Shown: piece by piece, positions 28,134-38,283 of the stretch
How the letters are laid out: every line of letters begins with the position of its first letter
Position numbering within the stretch: position 1 is the stretch's first letter
Assembly: GCA_965372215.1 (NCBI GenBank)
Contig: CBDVBK010000007.1
Coordinates: 5,041-69,040, forward strand
Direction of reading: 5' to 3'
Origin: an uncultured bacterium
GTDB taxonomy: Bacteria; Fermentibacterota; Fermentibacteria; Fermentibacterales; JCC-6
Length of the DNA: 64,000 nucleotides
Position numbers and translations under genes: made by a program
Notes under the pieces: model-generated
What the model saw: the letters and a program-made list of their open reading frames with translations, nothing else
Told to the model about the DNA's origin: nothing
Databases searched by the model: none

Positions 28134-30404
28134 TTACTCCTGATTCAGGTAGAGTGCTCTGTATATAATGTATGCGTGATAAACATTTTGCGCATAGGTC
28201 TTTGTTTCATTGTATGTAATCAGTGAAAAGAACTCATCTGTTTCCATATCAATCGCTCCCCAGTGAATCGCATTATGAGGGCCTGCATTGTATGCAGCAG
28301 CTGTTTTTACCGGATTGCCGCCGAACTCATGCAGGACGCCGGCTATGTAGCAGATGCCGTATTCAATAGAAACCGCCGGATCGTAAAGCCTGTCGGGAGA
28401 GTATTGATTCCAGCCCTGCTCCAGTGCTACATATTCCGATGTGCTTGGTATCATCTGGATAAGCCCTCTGGCTCCCGCAGTGGAATAGCAATCCGGCTGG
28501 AACATGCTCTCATTCCTGATGATAGCCCATGCAAACAGTGAGTCCATTCCGTATTTTTCTCCGGCCGGCACAACGAGTTCCGGCCAGGCCATCTGATAAC
28601 GGAGCATCCAGAGTTCTCGAGGGCGATCATTATCATCTTCCGCAAGATCCCACATCAGATAACCGGAAAGAGGCCTTCTCTCCCATACACCGTTCTGCAG
28701 GTAAAAAGGCGCTAGATAATCCGGCCCGCCGACAATATCTTCCCCTTTCCTGAATTCTCCATCTGCAAAATGCCTCAGACCGGCTTCCTGTAGAAATAAT
28801 CCGCGGAAAGCCTCCTCTGGCGGGTGTGCGGGAGGATGTCCGTGTCTGGTCATCCAGTCAATAAGAGATTCTTCGGTATAATCAGGTTTCCAGGCAGGTT
28901 TTCCAAGGAGTTCCCTTGCGAAGTTCGCCGGAAGGCTGGCAGGCGCGGTGTCAATCAGTTGCTCAAGAATCACATTTCCGTCCGGATTGCCTTCTGCCAG
29001 AAGGAGTTTTCCAAGCCAGTACTTCGCTGAGGAGAGATAGACGCTTCCCGTCCACCTTGAAATGAAATTGCTGAATTCCTCCATAGAATCCGATATTCTG
29101 CCTGTCTTCATCAGACAGAAGCACAGGTAAAAATGGGCATCATCAGCCGTAACGTTAAAAGGGTATTTCTCGAGAGTCATTCGGAACCAGGGAATAGCCT
29201 GCTGCCACTGTCTATTCTCAACTAACATGTTCCCCATATACCACGGATAATTCCCGATCCTGTGATGATCCGGGAATTCCGATGCATACTGTTCAAGAAC
29301 CTCCAGCCCCCTCTGCCAGTTACCGGAACGGCCGAGATTGCGTCCCAGATAAATCATCGCATCGGGTGTATCACTACCTGTCGGCCATTTTTCAGAATAC
29401 TGCTGCAGCATTTCCACTGCTGTTTCGTAGAACCCAAGCCTGTCTCTGGTTCTTGCCGCGAGATACCACAGATGAGGATCGGGATCAGGGGAATTAACAG
29501 CGATATCGTAAAGTTCGTTCCACAGCCCGCCTGAATAAAATGGATCAGCAACTGCGGCGGCCAGGCTTCTGTCATTCAGTATGAATTCACGAAGCACATC
29601 GTATCCATGAGCATGAACAGGAGCCGCAGGCCAGAGTTCAAAGGCTCTCTGAAATACCTCTCTGTACCCGGAAATTCCAGCATGAAGCATCCAGGCACCC
29701 TTGTAATGACAGAGTAATGACAGCAGTTCATCATCCAGGGAAGTCTCAGCAGACTGAAAAACAGAATCAGCGTCTGACAATCTTCCTGTTTCCAGCAAAG
29801 CGCGATAGAAGATTATCGTTCTGCTGCGGAGGGCAGTTTCCGGAAGCTCCTCAGGAATATTCCACATTATCATCATAGCAAGATCGGCTTCTCCGCCCGC
29901 GATAAGAGAATCAGCAAGAGCAAGATACAGGTATTCAGGCATCACGCAGTCATGTATGGAAATGTACGAGATCAATTCTCTTCCCACTTCATGTCCACCG
30001 AGCTGTAGAGCTTTGTAAGGAGCAAGAGAATCCGTCTGTTCAAGAAGGAGCTGCGCACAGATTACACTGGAAGCGTCACTGACATCTGCCGCCTTCCAGA
30101 TCAGATCATGTCTGAGTGAATCCTCCGGAGTTCTCAGGAGTGCAGCCCTGATAAAACACCCGCGAGCTTCATCATTCAATCCAATGACTGCGAGAGAATC
30201 CCCGCAAGTTTCTGCAAGACAACTTCTCTGCTCAAAAGACAGGTCATCCGGTTGATTCCCATCCGGCTGAAGCGTGGTGCAGCCGATCAGTGAAATGCTT
30301 GTAATAAGAAGAAGAACCCTCAAGGTTCTATCGGTACTTCGCAAGTTCCTGTTCCAGCTCCGGATTTCCCGGAGCGATCTTCTCAGCCTGTTCGAGCAGA
30401 GCAA
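28134..30404 (-). CDS. Lipoprotein with a superhelical TPR-like domain and a C-terminal soluble lytic transglycosylase (Slt70-like) domain. The true start probably lies downstream of 30404.
   Basis: Lipobox LIGC after a hydrophobic stretch. SLT catalytic motif IRNESMFQPD, plus GLIQMIP and AYNAGP in the C-terminus. Confidence 0.75.
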   Translation of the reverse strand: MLCSNRLRRSLREIRSWNRNLRSTDRTLRVLLLITSISLIGCTTLQPDGNQPDDLSFEQRSCLAETCGDSLAVIGLNDEARGCFIRAALLRTPEDSLRHDLIWKAADVSDASSVICAQLLLEQTDSLAPYKALQLGGHEVGRELISYISIHDCVMPEYLYLALADSLIAGGEADLAMMIMWNIPEELPETALRSRTIIFYRALLETGRLSDADSVFQSAETSLDDELLSLLCHYKGAWMLHAGISGYREVFQRAFELWPAAPVHAHGYDVLREFILNDRSLAAAVADPFYSGGLWNELYDIAVNSPDPDPHLWYLAARTRDRLGFYETAVEMLQQYSEKWPTGSDTPDAMIYLGRNLGRSGNWQRGLEVLEQYASEFPDHHRIGNYPWYMGNMLVENRQWQQAIPWFRMTLEKYPFNVTADDAHFYLCFCLMKTGRISDSMEEFSNFISRWTGSVYLSSAKYWLGKLLLAEGNPDGNVILEQLIDTAPASLPANFARELLGKPAWKPDYTEESLIDWMTRHGHPPAHPPEEAFRGLFLQEAGLRHFADGEFRKGEDIVGGPDYLAPFYLQNGVWERRPLSGYLMWDLAEDDNDRPRELWMLRYQMAWPELVVPAGEKYGMDSLFAWAIIRNESMFQPDCYSTAGARGLIQMIPSTSEYVALEQGWNQYSPDRLYDPAVSIEYGICYIAGVLHEFGGNPVKTAAAYNAGPHNAIHWGAIDMETDEFFSLITYNETKTYAQNVYHAYIIYRALYLNQE

Positions 30405-31248
30405 CAGCTTTTGAATGGTTCTTTTCCGCCGCGTAAGCTCTGCTCATGGCGATCATGACTCCGATTGAAGGTTCTGATTCTCTCTCAAAGAATTTTTGCA
30501 GAAATTCGATAGTCTCATTCGCTCGTCCTGTGTGAACAAGAATTGTTCCAAGACCTGAAATGGCAGGTTCAAGCTCCGGATCAGCTTTTAGAGCTTTTCT
30601 GAAATCTTCCTCCGCTTCATCCAGTTTTCCCTGAGAAGCCTTTATATGAGCCCTGTTTGCCAGAAGCCCGGGATTGTCAGGACTGAGTTCGATAGCATCC
30701 TGAAGGCTTGATAAGGCCTGTTCGTATTCCGCGTTATTGAAATGCATTATCGCCGAGCGGTTCAAATCTCTCACGCGGTTATCCATTACTTCAACGGAGT
30801 GAAGAGAAAGCAGTTTGTTCATTTCCTCGAGCTGTTCCTTCTGATATTGAGAGTTCTCCTTGATTGTTTTATCAATAGAACTGACTTTTTCAGCAAGTGC
30901 GTCTCCACCCTTTGTATCCTGCTTGCTGATCACATCTTTCACGGTTTTCTCAATTGATTTCGCGGATTCAGAAAGCAGTTTGGTTACTTTTCCAAGTTCC
31001 TTGACAAAAACCTTTTTATCTACAGGATCAGAGATACCTCCAGCCAGTAATTCATTTGTCTTTACAAGCTGCTCGGCAATACCATCAAATTTCTCCTGAA
31101 GCATAGCCAGAAGGTTTTTCTCCATCTTTTCAAGGAGAGCATTGTTATTCTCAACGGATTCATTGAGTTTGTAGATAAGTTTTCCGATTCCGGTCAGAAG
31201 CTCCTCCATCGAAAGTCCCTTTTTGTCAGATTCTGGTGCTTTAGCCAT
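30328..31248 (-). CDS. Coiled-coil / TPR repeat protein
   Basis: N-terminal heptad-rich region, and C-terminal TPR-like repeats (AEYEQALSSLQDAIELSPDNP ...). Confidence 0.55.
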   Translation of the reverse strand: MAKAPESDKKGLSMEELLTGIGKLIYKLNESVENNNALLEKMEKNLLAMLQEKFDGIAEQLVKTNELLAGGISDPVDKKVFVKELGKVTKLLSESAKSIEKTVKDVISKQDTKGGDALAEKVSSIDKTIKENSQYQKEQLEEMNKLLSLHSVEVMDNRVRDLNRSAIMHFNNAEYEQALSSLQDAIELSPDNPGLLANRAHIKASQGKLDEAEEDFRKALKADPELEPAISGLGTILVHTGRANETIEFLQKFFERESEPSIGVMIAMSRAYAAEKNHSKAVALLEQAEKIAPGNPELEQELAKYR

Positions 31249-34200
31249 TGTTCACCTTCTTCATTTTCGGATTGATCCGGAGTCCGGACAGTAAATCAAG
31301 TCCACTGCTGTTATTCAGAACACCTGTGTTTTCCATAATTGATGTAAGAGCCGGGTGTTTATCCGCCAGAAATCTGCGAAGAGCAGATATTTCCATCAGC
31401 GCACCGGTTTGCCCTATGGCCCATATAAGCCGTTTAAGTGGCATTTCTCCGCCCGTTTTTCTGTATTCGTTAATCCATATTGAAATAGCCTGGTTTCGGA
31501 AACCCAGATTCCATTGTGCAAGTGCTTTTATATCCGGTGCTTCAGGATATTCTCCGTCAAGGTCGTGAATCTCCTTCAATGCTCCCTCTGCATCTCCTGA
31601 TATCATCAGTATGGAAGCCCTCTCGATACCTGATACGGATGATTTATTTCTGGCATCCTGCAGTTCACTGCTTAATATGGAGAGCAGCTCCTCCGTACTT
31701 TCCTCTCTTGCGATTGACGATGCTTCAGCCAGCATCCCGGCGGACAGCAGAATTCGCACGAGTTTGACCGTTTCCTGAGGAGACAGGGAATCCTCGGAAC
31801 CGGGGAGAGGCAGAATCTTCATGCATGCTTCAGCCAGTTTAAGCCTTAATGCTGTGTCATCAGGCGGAAACAGAATTCTGTCATCTGCAAGCTTGAATAA
31901 TCTTCTCACGCCCTGACCGGATTTCAGAACGGCTTCAGCTACCGCTCTGGCCTCTTCCGAATCAATATCATCATATCCATCCGGGAAGAGCTTTTCAAGA
32001 GCCTCGATTACTATTCTGTCAACCTTTACATATCTCCAAATCGAGGTTCTCTTCGCGTTTCCGGCAATCACCTCGCGAAGAAGCTTCTCAGAAGCGATAG
32101 AGTCCCATGGATCTCCACCCTCCAGAGAAATACCGCAGAGAATTTCTTCAACCTGTTTCTTAAATCCAAGGGAAGACGCATATCTGACCAGGCCCGAAAG
32201 AGCTTCAGCATTATCCACCGGAGACCAGTTCCTGGCTGCGATATCAAGCAGTTCTTCGGTCAATGGGATGTCGATATCCGTTTGGCCCCTGATGATCTCA
32301 TTGAATGTATCCGAATCGCCGGCTGCAATTGAACAGATTATTTTTGAGACGGGTCCAAGCTGTGCAAATTCAGTTAGAAGACCTTCAGAAGAAAGCTCCG
32401 GCTTAAGAAGGACAGCTTCAGTGATAAGATCGTCAATATCCGCGTCAATCCCGTTTCTATTTGCTGTCCGGGCAGCATACAGATATGCTTCTCCTGATAA
32501 CGTCATTATTGCCATGGATACAGCCATTTCAACCAGTTCAGCGCTCGAATCAGCATCAAGATCCAGCATCAGAGCAGAGTACTCTTGAAATCGCTGGAAA
32601 TCCCCTGTATGGACTGATGCTCTGGTCAGTGAATCAATTATCGTAAATTCACCGGGATGGCGCTCATGCATTTTCTCAAGCTGATCTATTATGCTCCTCT
32701 CTGATAGTATCGGAGAAATTATCCGGGCCAGATCATCAAATCTCTTCTCGGTCTCATACGATATTGCAATTAGTTCCCGAATTTTAATATTGAATGCTGG
32801 AGCACGCTGCAACAGATACTCAAGCAGTTCTCTGGCCATCTTGCTTGTCTTGATTGCCGTCACCGACTGTTCAAGAAATTCCAGAGACTCTCCGGTTTTG
32901 TCCTGAACCGCTGCTCGACAGGCATGGGCAATATCCCGCATCAATGTATCTTTAATGCTGCCGTCTATATAGGATGATCCAGCAAGTATAATCTTACCCT
33001 GAGCAAGAAGGTATCTGAGCCTGAACTCAGCTTCCTCAACCGGATTACCCCAGTCAAGCTCCGTAACGAGAGAAAGCTTCCAGTCTTCCGTACCTCCAAG
33101 GCACTCCAGAATTGAAGCTACTGTTGCAGTAGCCTTCATTGAAGAGATCTTCGAAAGAATGCTCCCGAGATCCAGTTCGCATAGAAGATCAGCCGACAAT
33201 CCGGATATTTTTCCAGCAATACCGCTCTGATATTCAATGTCATCAAGAGCCAGAAGGAGATATTCATTTGAGGCTTCAGCATTCTTTTCCCGGAGAGCAA
33301 TAAGAGCAGCTACATATGCCTGCCAGGAATCAATCGGTTTGAAGTTTGCCTCCTCAAGTTCTGAAACGGATCCAATTTCAATACTATCACTTGCCAGAAG
33401 CTTCCGCCCATCCATTGAAGGGTTCCTGCCGGTAAGGAATATCGAGAACCAGTCGGATGCGGCATCATTCAGTCTATCCGATCTGAACCGGAAGAGAGCC
33501 CTCGCTTCTCTGAGTTCCGGATATCTTATAACCTGATCCTCAAGTGAATCGAGAACCTCAGCTGATTCTGAGCAGAAATTTTTATCAAGTCTCCGTGACA
33601 GATGGTCGAGAGTAGCAGCTGCTTTACCTTTTTTACCCGTTTCAAAAAGAACTGCAGCAAGAAACGATAGAACTGAAGCGCTGTTTTTATCATGTACAAG
33701 AAGTTTCTGAACTTGTTCAAATACCCAGGACGCATCAGAATTTAAAATCGGGTAAAGCGATATCACTGCATTCTTCACATAACCATTGTCGACAAGATAT
33801 GACGCAAGCTTCATAGCAATAGTGCCGGTATTGTCTCCCGTCATTGATATCAGGCTTCTACAAACCTCTATCAGTCTGTCACTGTCAGCGTTTCCAGCTT
33901 CGAAAGCTCTCTCAATTGCTTCTGCGGCTTCTGCTGTTTTTCCATTCTCCAGGTCCATTCGCGCAGCAAGCAGGAGAGGCGCAGCTCCACTCTCCGGATG
34001 CGAAACCAGTTCTTCGATGGCTGTTTCGAGTTTACTCCTGTCAAGAGTATCACTGTATACATTCTCAAGAATTCTGGATGCGGCTTCAGTTTTGCCGGCT
34101 GCCGTAAACATCTCCGCAAGCAATGCTGATGATCTGCCGGATCTGTCAGACGGTATCATCCATTTCTCTATCACATCAGCAGCATCAACAGCATCATCCT

Positions 34201-34912
34201 GTGATAAATCGATTCCGGTAAGCTGGTTGGCATATTGCATCGCCATATCCATCTTGCCTGAAATCGCTGAAATACCCATCAGGGCTATCAATTGACCGCT
34301 TTCGACCTGTTTAACCTGATTCCCTATCCAGGAAGCAAGCAATGATATATCTCTGTGCGGAAACTCCACTTCTCTGCAGATTTTCCAGAGGAAATCAATT
34401 GCGTCGTTTTTCTGTTCATTACGGTACAGACAAAGCGCCCATTCTACAAGGGATGATTGATCGGCTTCAGGATGAACAGTTCCGTCAAATCTGGTAGAAT
34501 TCCTGGTCCGATCTTCTATCAGCGCAAAAAGATTGGATACAGCTATTTCATCTGCTTTCCCAAGTACATTCAGAGCACTCTTGAAATCATGCCTGTCAAT
34601 AAAGCTCTTCCATGTTGTTCTCAAGAGTTCAGTTGACCTTGAAAACTCATCAAGCCGTCCTATGAACAGATCCTGCACTTCACCGGTTATCTGTCTGTGT
34701 CGATGAATAACTTCTCCACCGATATCAGCTGCAAGATTCGGATGGCCTATATCAAGAAGGAGCTCGAGCAGTTCAAGGGCAACTCCGCTTTCTTCCAGAA
34801 GTCTGTCTCTCTCCTCTTTGACCGTGGAGGAAACTCGATTTACGCTTCCCTCACTGGCGAACTTACTGATTCTCTTAAGAATTCTTCTGGGACCTGATTC
34901 AAATAATGCCAT
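31241..34912 (-). CDS. Large (1223 aa) all-alpha TPR-like repeat protein, function unknown
   Basis: Long uninterrupted ORF with helical-repeat composition and no recognisable catalytic motif. 8-nt overlap with the downstream gene. Confidence 0.45.
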   Translation of the reverse strand: MALFESGPRRILKRISKFASEGSVNRVSSTVKEERDRLLEESGVALELLELLLDIGHPNLAADIGGEVIHRHRQITGEVQDLFIGRLDEFSRSTELLRTTWKSFIDRHDFKSALNVLGKADEIAVSNLFALIEDRTRNSTRFDGTVHPEADQSSLVEWALCLYRNEQKNDAIDFLWKICREVEFPHRDISLLASWIGNQVKQVESGQLIALMGISAISGKMDMAMQYANQLTGIDLSQDDAVDAADVIEKWMIPSDRSGRSSALLAEMFTAAGKTEAASRILENVYSDTLDRSKLETAIEELVSHPESGAAPLLLAARMDLENGKTAEAAEAIERAFEAGNADSDRLIEVCRSLISMTGDNTGTIAMKLASYLVDNGYVKNAVISLYPILNSDASWVFEQVQKLLVHDKNSASVLSFLAAVLFETGKKGKAAATLDHLSRRLDKNFCSESAEVLDSLEDQVIRYPELREARALFRFRSDRLNDAASDWFSIFLTGRNPSMDGRKLLASDSIEIGSVSELEEANFKPIDSWQAYVAALIALREKNAEASNEYLLLALDDIEYQSGIAGKISGLSADLLCELDLGSILSKISSMKATATVASILECLGGTEDWKLSLVTELDWGNPVEEAEFRLRYLLAQGKIILAGSSYIDGSIKDTLMRDIAHACRAAVQDKTGESLEFLEQSVTAIKTSKMARELLEYLLQRAPAFNIKIRELIAISYETEKRFDDLARIISPILSERSIIDQLEKMHERHPGEFTIIDSLTRASVHTGDFQRFQEYSALMLDLDADSSAELVEMAVSMAIMTLSGEAYLYAARTANRNGIDADIDDLITEAVLLKPELSSEGLLTEFAQLGPVSKIICSIAAGDSDTFNEIIRGQTDIDIPLTEELLDIAARNWSPVDNAEALSGLVRYASSLGFKKQVEEILCGISLEGGDPWDSIASEKLLREVIAGNAKRTSIWRYVKVDRIVIEALEKLFPDGYDDIDSEEARAVAEAVLKSGQGVRRLFKLADDRILFPPDDTALRLKLAEACMKILPLPGSEDSLSPQETVKLVRILLSAGMLAEASSIAREESTEELLSILSSELQDARNKSSVSGIERASILMISGDAEGALKEIHDLDGEYPEAPDIKALAQWNLGFRNQAISIWINEYRKTGGEMPLKRLIWAIGQTGALMEISALRRFLADKHPALTSIMENTGVLNNSSGLDLLSGLRINPKMKKVNNG

Positions 34913-34921
34913 TTCCCCATC

Positions 34922-36478
34922 CTACTCAGGTATAATTAGGAGAACATCACCTAATGACAGGATACTGCTCTCAAGAGAGTTAAGGTACATGATCTGTTCA
35001 ATAGATACGTTATATCGGATAGCAAGGTCCCATAAAGTATCTCCCTCAACAATCACATGTTCAATTCTCACTCCACTCGATACTATATCTATTTCATTCT
35101 CTTCGGGAAATACGTTATTTGAAAGCGGGTATTCCTCCGCTTCCGTGCTATCGCAACGGCGAAGAAGGAGAACATCTCCAGGGTAGATAATATTTTCAGA
35201 TGACATGTTATTCCATTCAGCAACCTCTTGAGAGCTGACTCCGACACCTGCGGCTATCTCGCTCATGGTATCCCCCATTCTAACAGTATACCTTATGAAC
35301 TGAGGATTATCCATATACCCTGCATTAACAGGTCTGCGCTGGCTCTCCGGCAGCCCGATAAAAACTCCGGGCCTCAGGGAACCGGCGGAATTCAAACCTC
35401 TGAGAACCTCAGGAGAGACTCCTGTTGACCATGCGATTCCGTTCCAGGTATCGCCATCCTTAACAAGGTATCTTTCAGGATCAATTGTCCAGGCTGCGGT
35501 GAAAACATCATTAACCCTCTCTGCGGGTACAATGATTTCCCACGCCTGTCCATCATCAGGAGTCCTCTCCAACAGATAGGATCTGTTCAAATCCATCAGA
35601 GAATCAATTTCTATTCCCGTTTCAGGACCGAGTAGTCTCAAATCAAACCCTGAGGGAACCCACACCACTGCCAGAACGCCTGATTCCAGTTCCACATCGA
35701 TATACGCTTCTACGGCAGATGCAAATCTTGGAACAAAGACATCGGTTTCGCCGGGAAGCTCAATTTCTCCGAAAGTCGAACCTCCCTGCTGCAAACCTGA
35801 CAGTACTCTTCCTGGACCGCAGTTATATGCCGCCAGAGCCAGAGACCAGTCATCAAACATCCCGTGAAGATGAAGCAGGTATTTCGCTGCTGCTCTTGTT
35901 GAAGCTACCCATGAGTACCTTTCATCCACTGAATCATCTATCCGCAACCCCATCTCCCGCGCGGTTTCAGGCATTAACTGCCACGGACCTGCAGCTCCCA
36001 TTCGAGAGTAACATCCAACATTGAAATCACTTTCTACCCATACAAGTGCAGCTATCTCCACCGGTATACCCTGGGTTCTGAGGATTCTCTCGATAAGATC
36101 CTTTATATCACCTCTGCCGGGAAAACCTTCAGTTCTGTACTGGATATCACTGAAGGATGCGAGAGAAGCGGGAATATCAGTTGTAGGAGCTTCAGTGCGG
36201 ATTATCTCACCCCCCTGGAGTACCGGTAAAATCATTGAATTATGCGGTGCCGGGGCAACAGTATTTAATTCACGATGGACGTCCAGAGTCGTGATGCGTG
36301 TCCCGGAGCAGGATATTAATGAAAGGGTTGACCAGAGAAAACCTATCAACAAGTATCGTCTTAACAGTCTGGAGGTTGAACAATGATATCCGTCGGCGTT
36401 GTTGGCGCAACAGGTCTTGTCGGTGCGAAAATGATCAGTGTACTTCAGGAGCGCTCCTTTCCTGTTGACCAATTCCAT
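34922..36478 (-). CDS. Membrane-bound lytic murein transglycosylase D-like protein with three C-terminal LysM domains. The true start probably lies downstream of 36478.
   Basis: SLT motif LVWVESDFN, plus AYNCGPGRV. Three LysM repeats (YLVKDGDTWNGIA, YTVRMGDTMSEIA, HVIVEGDTLWDLA). Signal peptide LISC. Confidence 0.8.
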   Translation of the reverse strand: MELVNRKGALLKYTDHFRTDKTCCANNADGYHCSTSRLLRRYLLIGFLWSTLSLISCSGTRITTLDVHRELNTVAPAPHNSMILPVLQGGEIIRTEAPTTDIPASLASFSDIQYRTEGFPGRGDIKDLIERILRTQGIPVEIAALVWVESDFNVGCYSRMGAAGPWQLMPETAREMGLRIDDSVDERYSWVASTRAAAKYLLHLHGMFDDWSLALAAYNCGPGRVLSGLQQGGSTFGEIELPGETDVFVPRFASAVEAYIDVELESGVLAVVWVPSGFDLRLLGPETGIEIDSLMDLNRSYLLERTPDDGQAWEIIVPAERVNDVFTAAWTIDPERYLVKDGDTWNGIAWSTGVSPEVLRGLNSAGSLRPGVFIGLPESQRRPVNAGYMDNPQFIRYTVRMGDTMSEIAAGVGVSSQEVAEWNNMSSENIIYPGDVLLLRRCDSTEAEEYPLSNNVFPEENEIDIVSSGVRIEHVIVEGDTLWDLAIRYNVSIEQIMYLNSLESSILSLGDVLLIIPE

Positions 36479-37357
36479 GCATTCGCCTCAGGTGAATCCA
36501 GAGGAAAGACGGTCCGATTCAGAGATGAAAACTACCCCGTTGAAATAATAACACCTGAAACATTATGCAAGGGAATCATACTGTTTGGTGCCACCTCTTC
36601 GGAAGTGGCCAAAAAATGGATACCTCAGTGCATTGAATTCGGAGCGTCAATTATAGATAATTCTTCCGCGTTCAGAATGAATTCTGAAGTGCTCCTTGCC
36701 GTACCAGAAGTAAACGGCCATCTAATAACCGGCACCGAGAACCTTATCGCCAACCCGAACTGCTCCACAATACAGCTCGTTGTTGCTCTCAATCCACTTG
36801 CAGCAATAAGACCTGTCCTGTGGGTTTCCGTCGCAACGTATCAGGCGGTATCCGGTGCTGGATCGCCACTCCTCAATGAACTTTTAAGACAACAGAACGG
36901 TATGGAAATCAAACCGGGAACTGCCCATCTCCATGAAAACATCATCACCGGCATAGGTCTACCCGATGCAAACGGCTACTGTGATGAGGAGTTGAAACTC
37001 ATGCATGAAACCTGCAAAATCATGAACATGGATTTTCCTGTTTTCGCCTCCACTGCAAGGGTGCCTGTCAGAACTGGCCACACGGAAGCGGTAGTGGTTA
37101 AATTCAGCAATCCCATGATCGCTGAAGATGCGGTATCAATTCTGATGAATGCTCCAGGTATTGAAGTTTCAAAGAATAGTTGCTCACCTGTGGATGTGGA
37201 AAATACCGACGCTGTAGTTGTGGATAGAATACGCAATTATCCTGATGATCCAACTATTCTTCAATTCTGGGTCCTGGCAGACAATCTCAGAAAAGGCGCA
37301 GCATTGAACGCTGTTCAGATAGCGGAAGTGTTTCTGGCTAACAGGGTCAGGTCGTGA
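36383..37357 (+). CDS. asd: Aspartate-semialdehyde dehydrogenase
   Basis: GATGLVG NAD(P)-binding motif. Active-site NPNCSTI cysteine. Full-length Asd. Confidence 0.9.
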   Translation: MISVGVVGATGLVGAKMISVLQERSFPVDQFHAFASGESRGKTVRFRDENYPVEIITPETLCKGIILFGATSSEVAKKWIPQCIEFGASIIDNSSAFRMNSEVLLAVPEVNGHLITGTENLIANPNCSTIQLVVALNPLAAIRPVLWVSVATYQAVSGAGSPLLNELLRQQNGMEIKPGTAHLHENIITGIGLPDANGYCDEELKLMHETCKIMNMDFPVFASTARVPVRTGHTEAVVVKFSNPMIAEDAVSILMNAPGIEVSKNSCSPVDVENTDAVVVDRIRNYPDDPTILQFWVLADNLRKGAALNAVQIAEVFLANRVRS

Positions 37358-37481
37358 AAATCAGCATATATGAAACGCTATTTTTTCAATACCTGACCCT
37401 TAATGCTAAACACCATCGTGCAATTTCAAGTGGGGCGATGTTTTAAATGTTCAGATGTTAGCCCAGGCCCAAACTTCTAAG

Positions 37482-38240
37482 CTAGATATCGACATCCATA
37501 TCATCGAAATCAAACTCGTCTTCAAGATCCTGACTGAGATCCTCGAGTTCAGCGTTGCATTCCTCGCAGATCACTAGGTGCGGAGGATTATTATGTCCGC
37601 AAGAAGGACACTTGTTCTCCTCGGATTCTGCTACCGCATTCTCGACATCAATCTCGAGTTCCTCGATATCGTCGCCATCGATCTCTTCAATAAGTTCGTC
37701 ATCCTCTATGTCAACGATTTCCTCTTCATTTGAAGCTTTCGGTTCGACAACAAATCCACCTCCGGGAACACCAGCTGATGTAGCGCTATCAACATCGCTC
37801 AGGACACCGTTAAGATCACTCAATTCTCTGCGAAGTTTATCCAGTTTTCCTGAAGTTTTATCACGCTCAGTTTCCGACTGGATAAGTTCATTCTTGAACT
37901 CATCATTACCTTGATCGAACTCACCAAGTTTTGCTCTTATCTGCAGTTCATCGACCTGGTCTGATTGCTGTGTAAAGGTAGCCTCATGCTCGCTGATCTG
38001 ACCGGTAAGCTCCTTCGCTTTTACCTCCAGCGAACCACGCTTATCGCTTATTTTTTCGAGAACCGACTGAAGCTGACTGCTGTAGTCATCACGAATTTTT
38101 CCGTACACCCTGTCGTTGGTGTCCGTCTTCATGTTTTCCAGATTATGCAACCGACCGACAAGTTCCTCTCTGCGATCAAGTAGATCCAGAATCTTCTTTT
38201 CAAGAACTTCTGCCATGTTCCCCCCTATGATTTGAGCCAA
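37482..38240 (-). CDS. Hypothetical coiled-coil protein with a C-terminal zinc ribbon and an extremely acidic tail
   Basis: N-terminal heptad-repeat region. Ribbon motif CPSCG...CEEC. Many D/E residues. Confidence 0.4.
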   Translation of the reverse strand: MAQIIGGNMAEVLEKKILDLLDRREELVGRLHNLENMKTDTNDRVYGKIRDDYSSQLQSVLEKISDKRGSLEVKAKELTGQISEHEATFTQQSDQVDELQIRAKLGEFDQGNDEFKNELIQSETERDKTSGKLDKLRRELSDLNGVLSDVDSATSAGVPGGGFVVEPKASNEEEIVDIEDDELIEEIDGDDIEELEIDVENAVAESEENKCPSCGHNNPPHLVICEECNAELEDLSQDLEDEFDFDDMDVDI

Positions 38241-38283
38241 GATTTAGTCTTAATTCTAATATACATGCAACCTCAATTTTTAT

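Noticed and set aside
33526-34295. Antisense small ORFs (69-169 aa) within the 1223-aa gene
   Set aside because: They are embedded in a long uninterrupted ORF on the other strand. Their low-complexity Ser/Ala-rich translations are typical of antisense artefacts.
31241-34912. The 1223-aa protein as a polymorphic toxin or secreted effector
   Set aside because: No signal peptide, no recognisable toxin, nuclease or peptidase motif, and uniform helical-repeat composition. A scaffold role is more likely.
37341-37400. Terminator after asd (GGGTCAGGT ... ACCTGACCC inverted repeat)
   Set aside because: The loop is about 42 nt and there is no following U tract. It is not a convincing intrinsic terminator.
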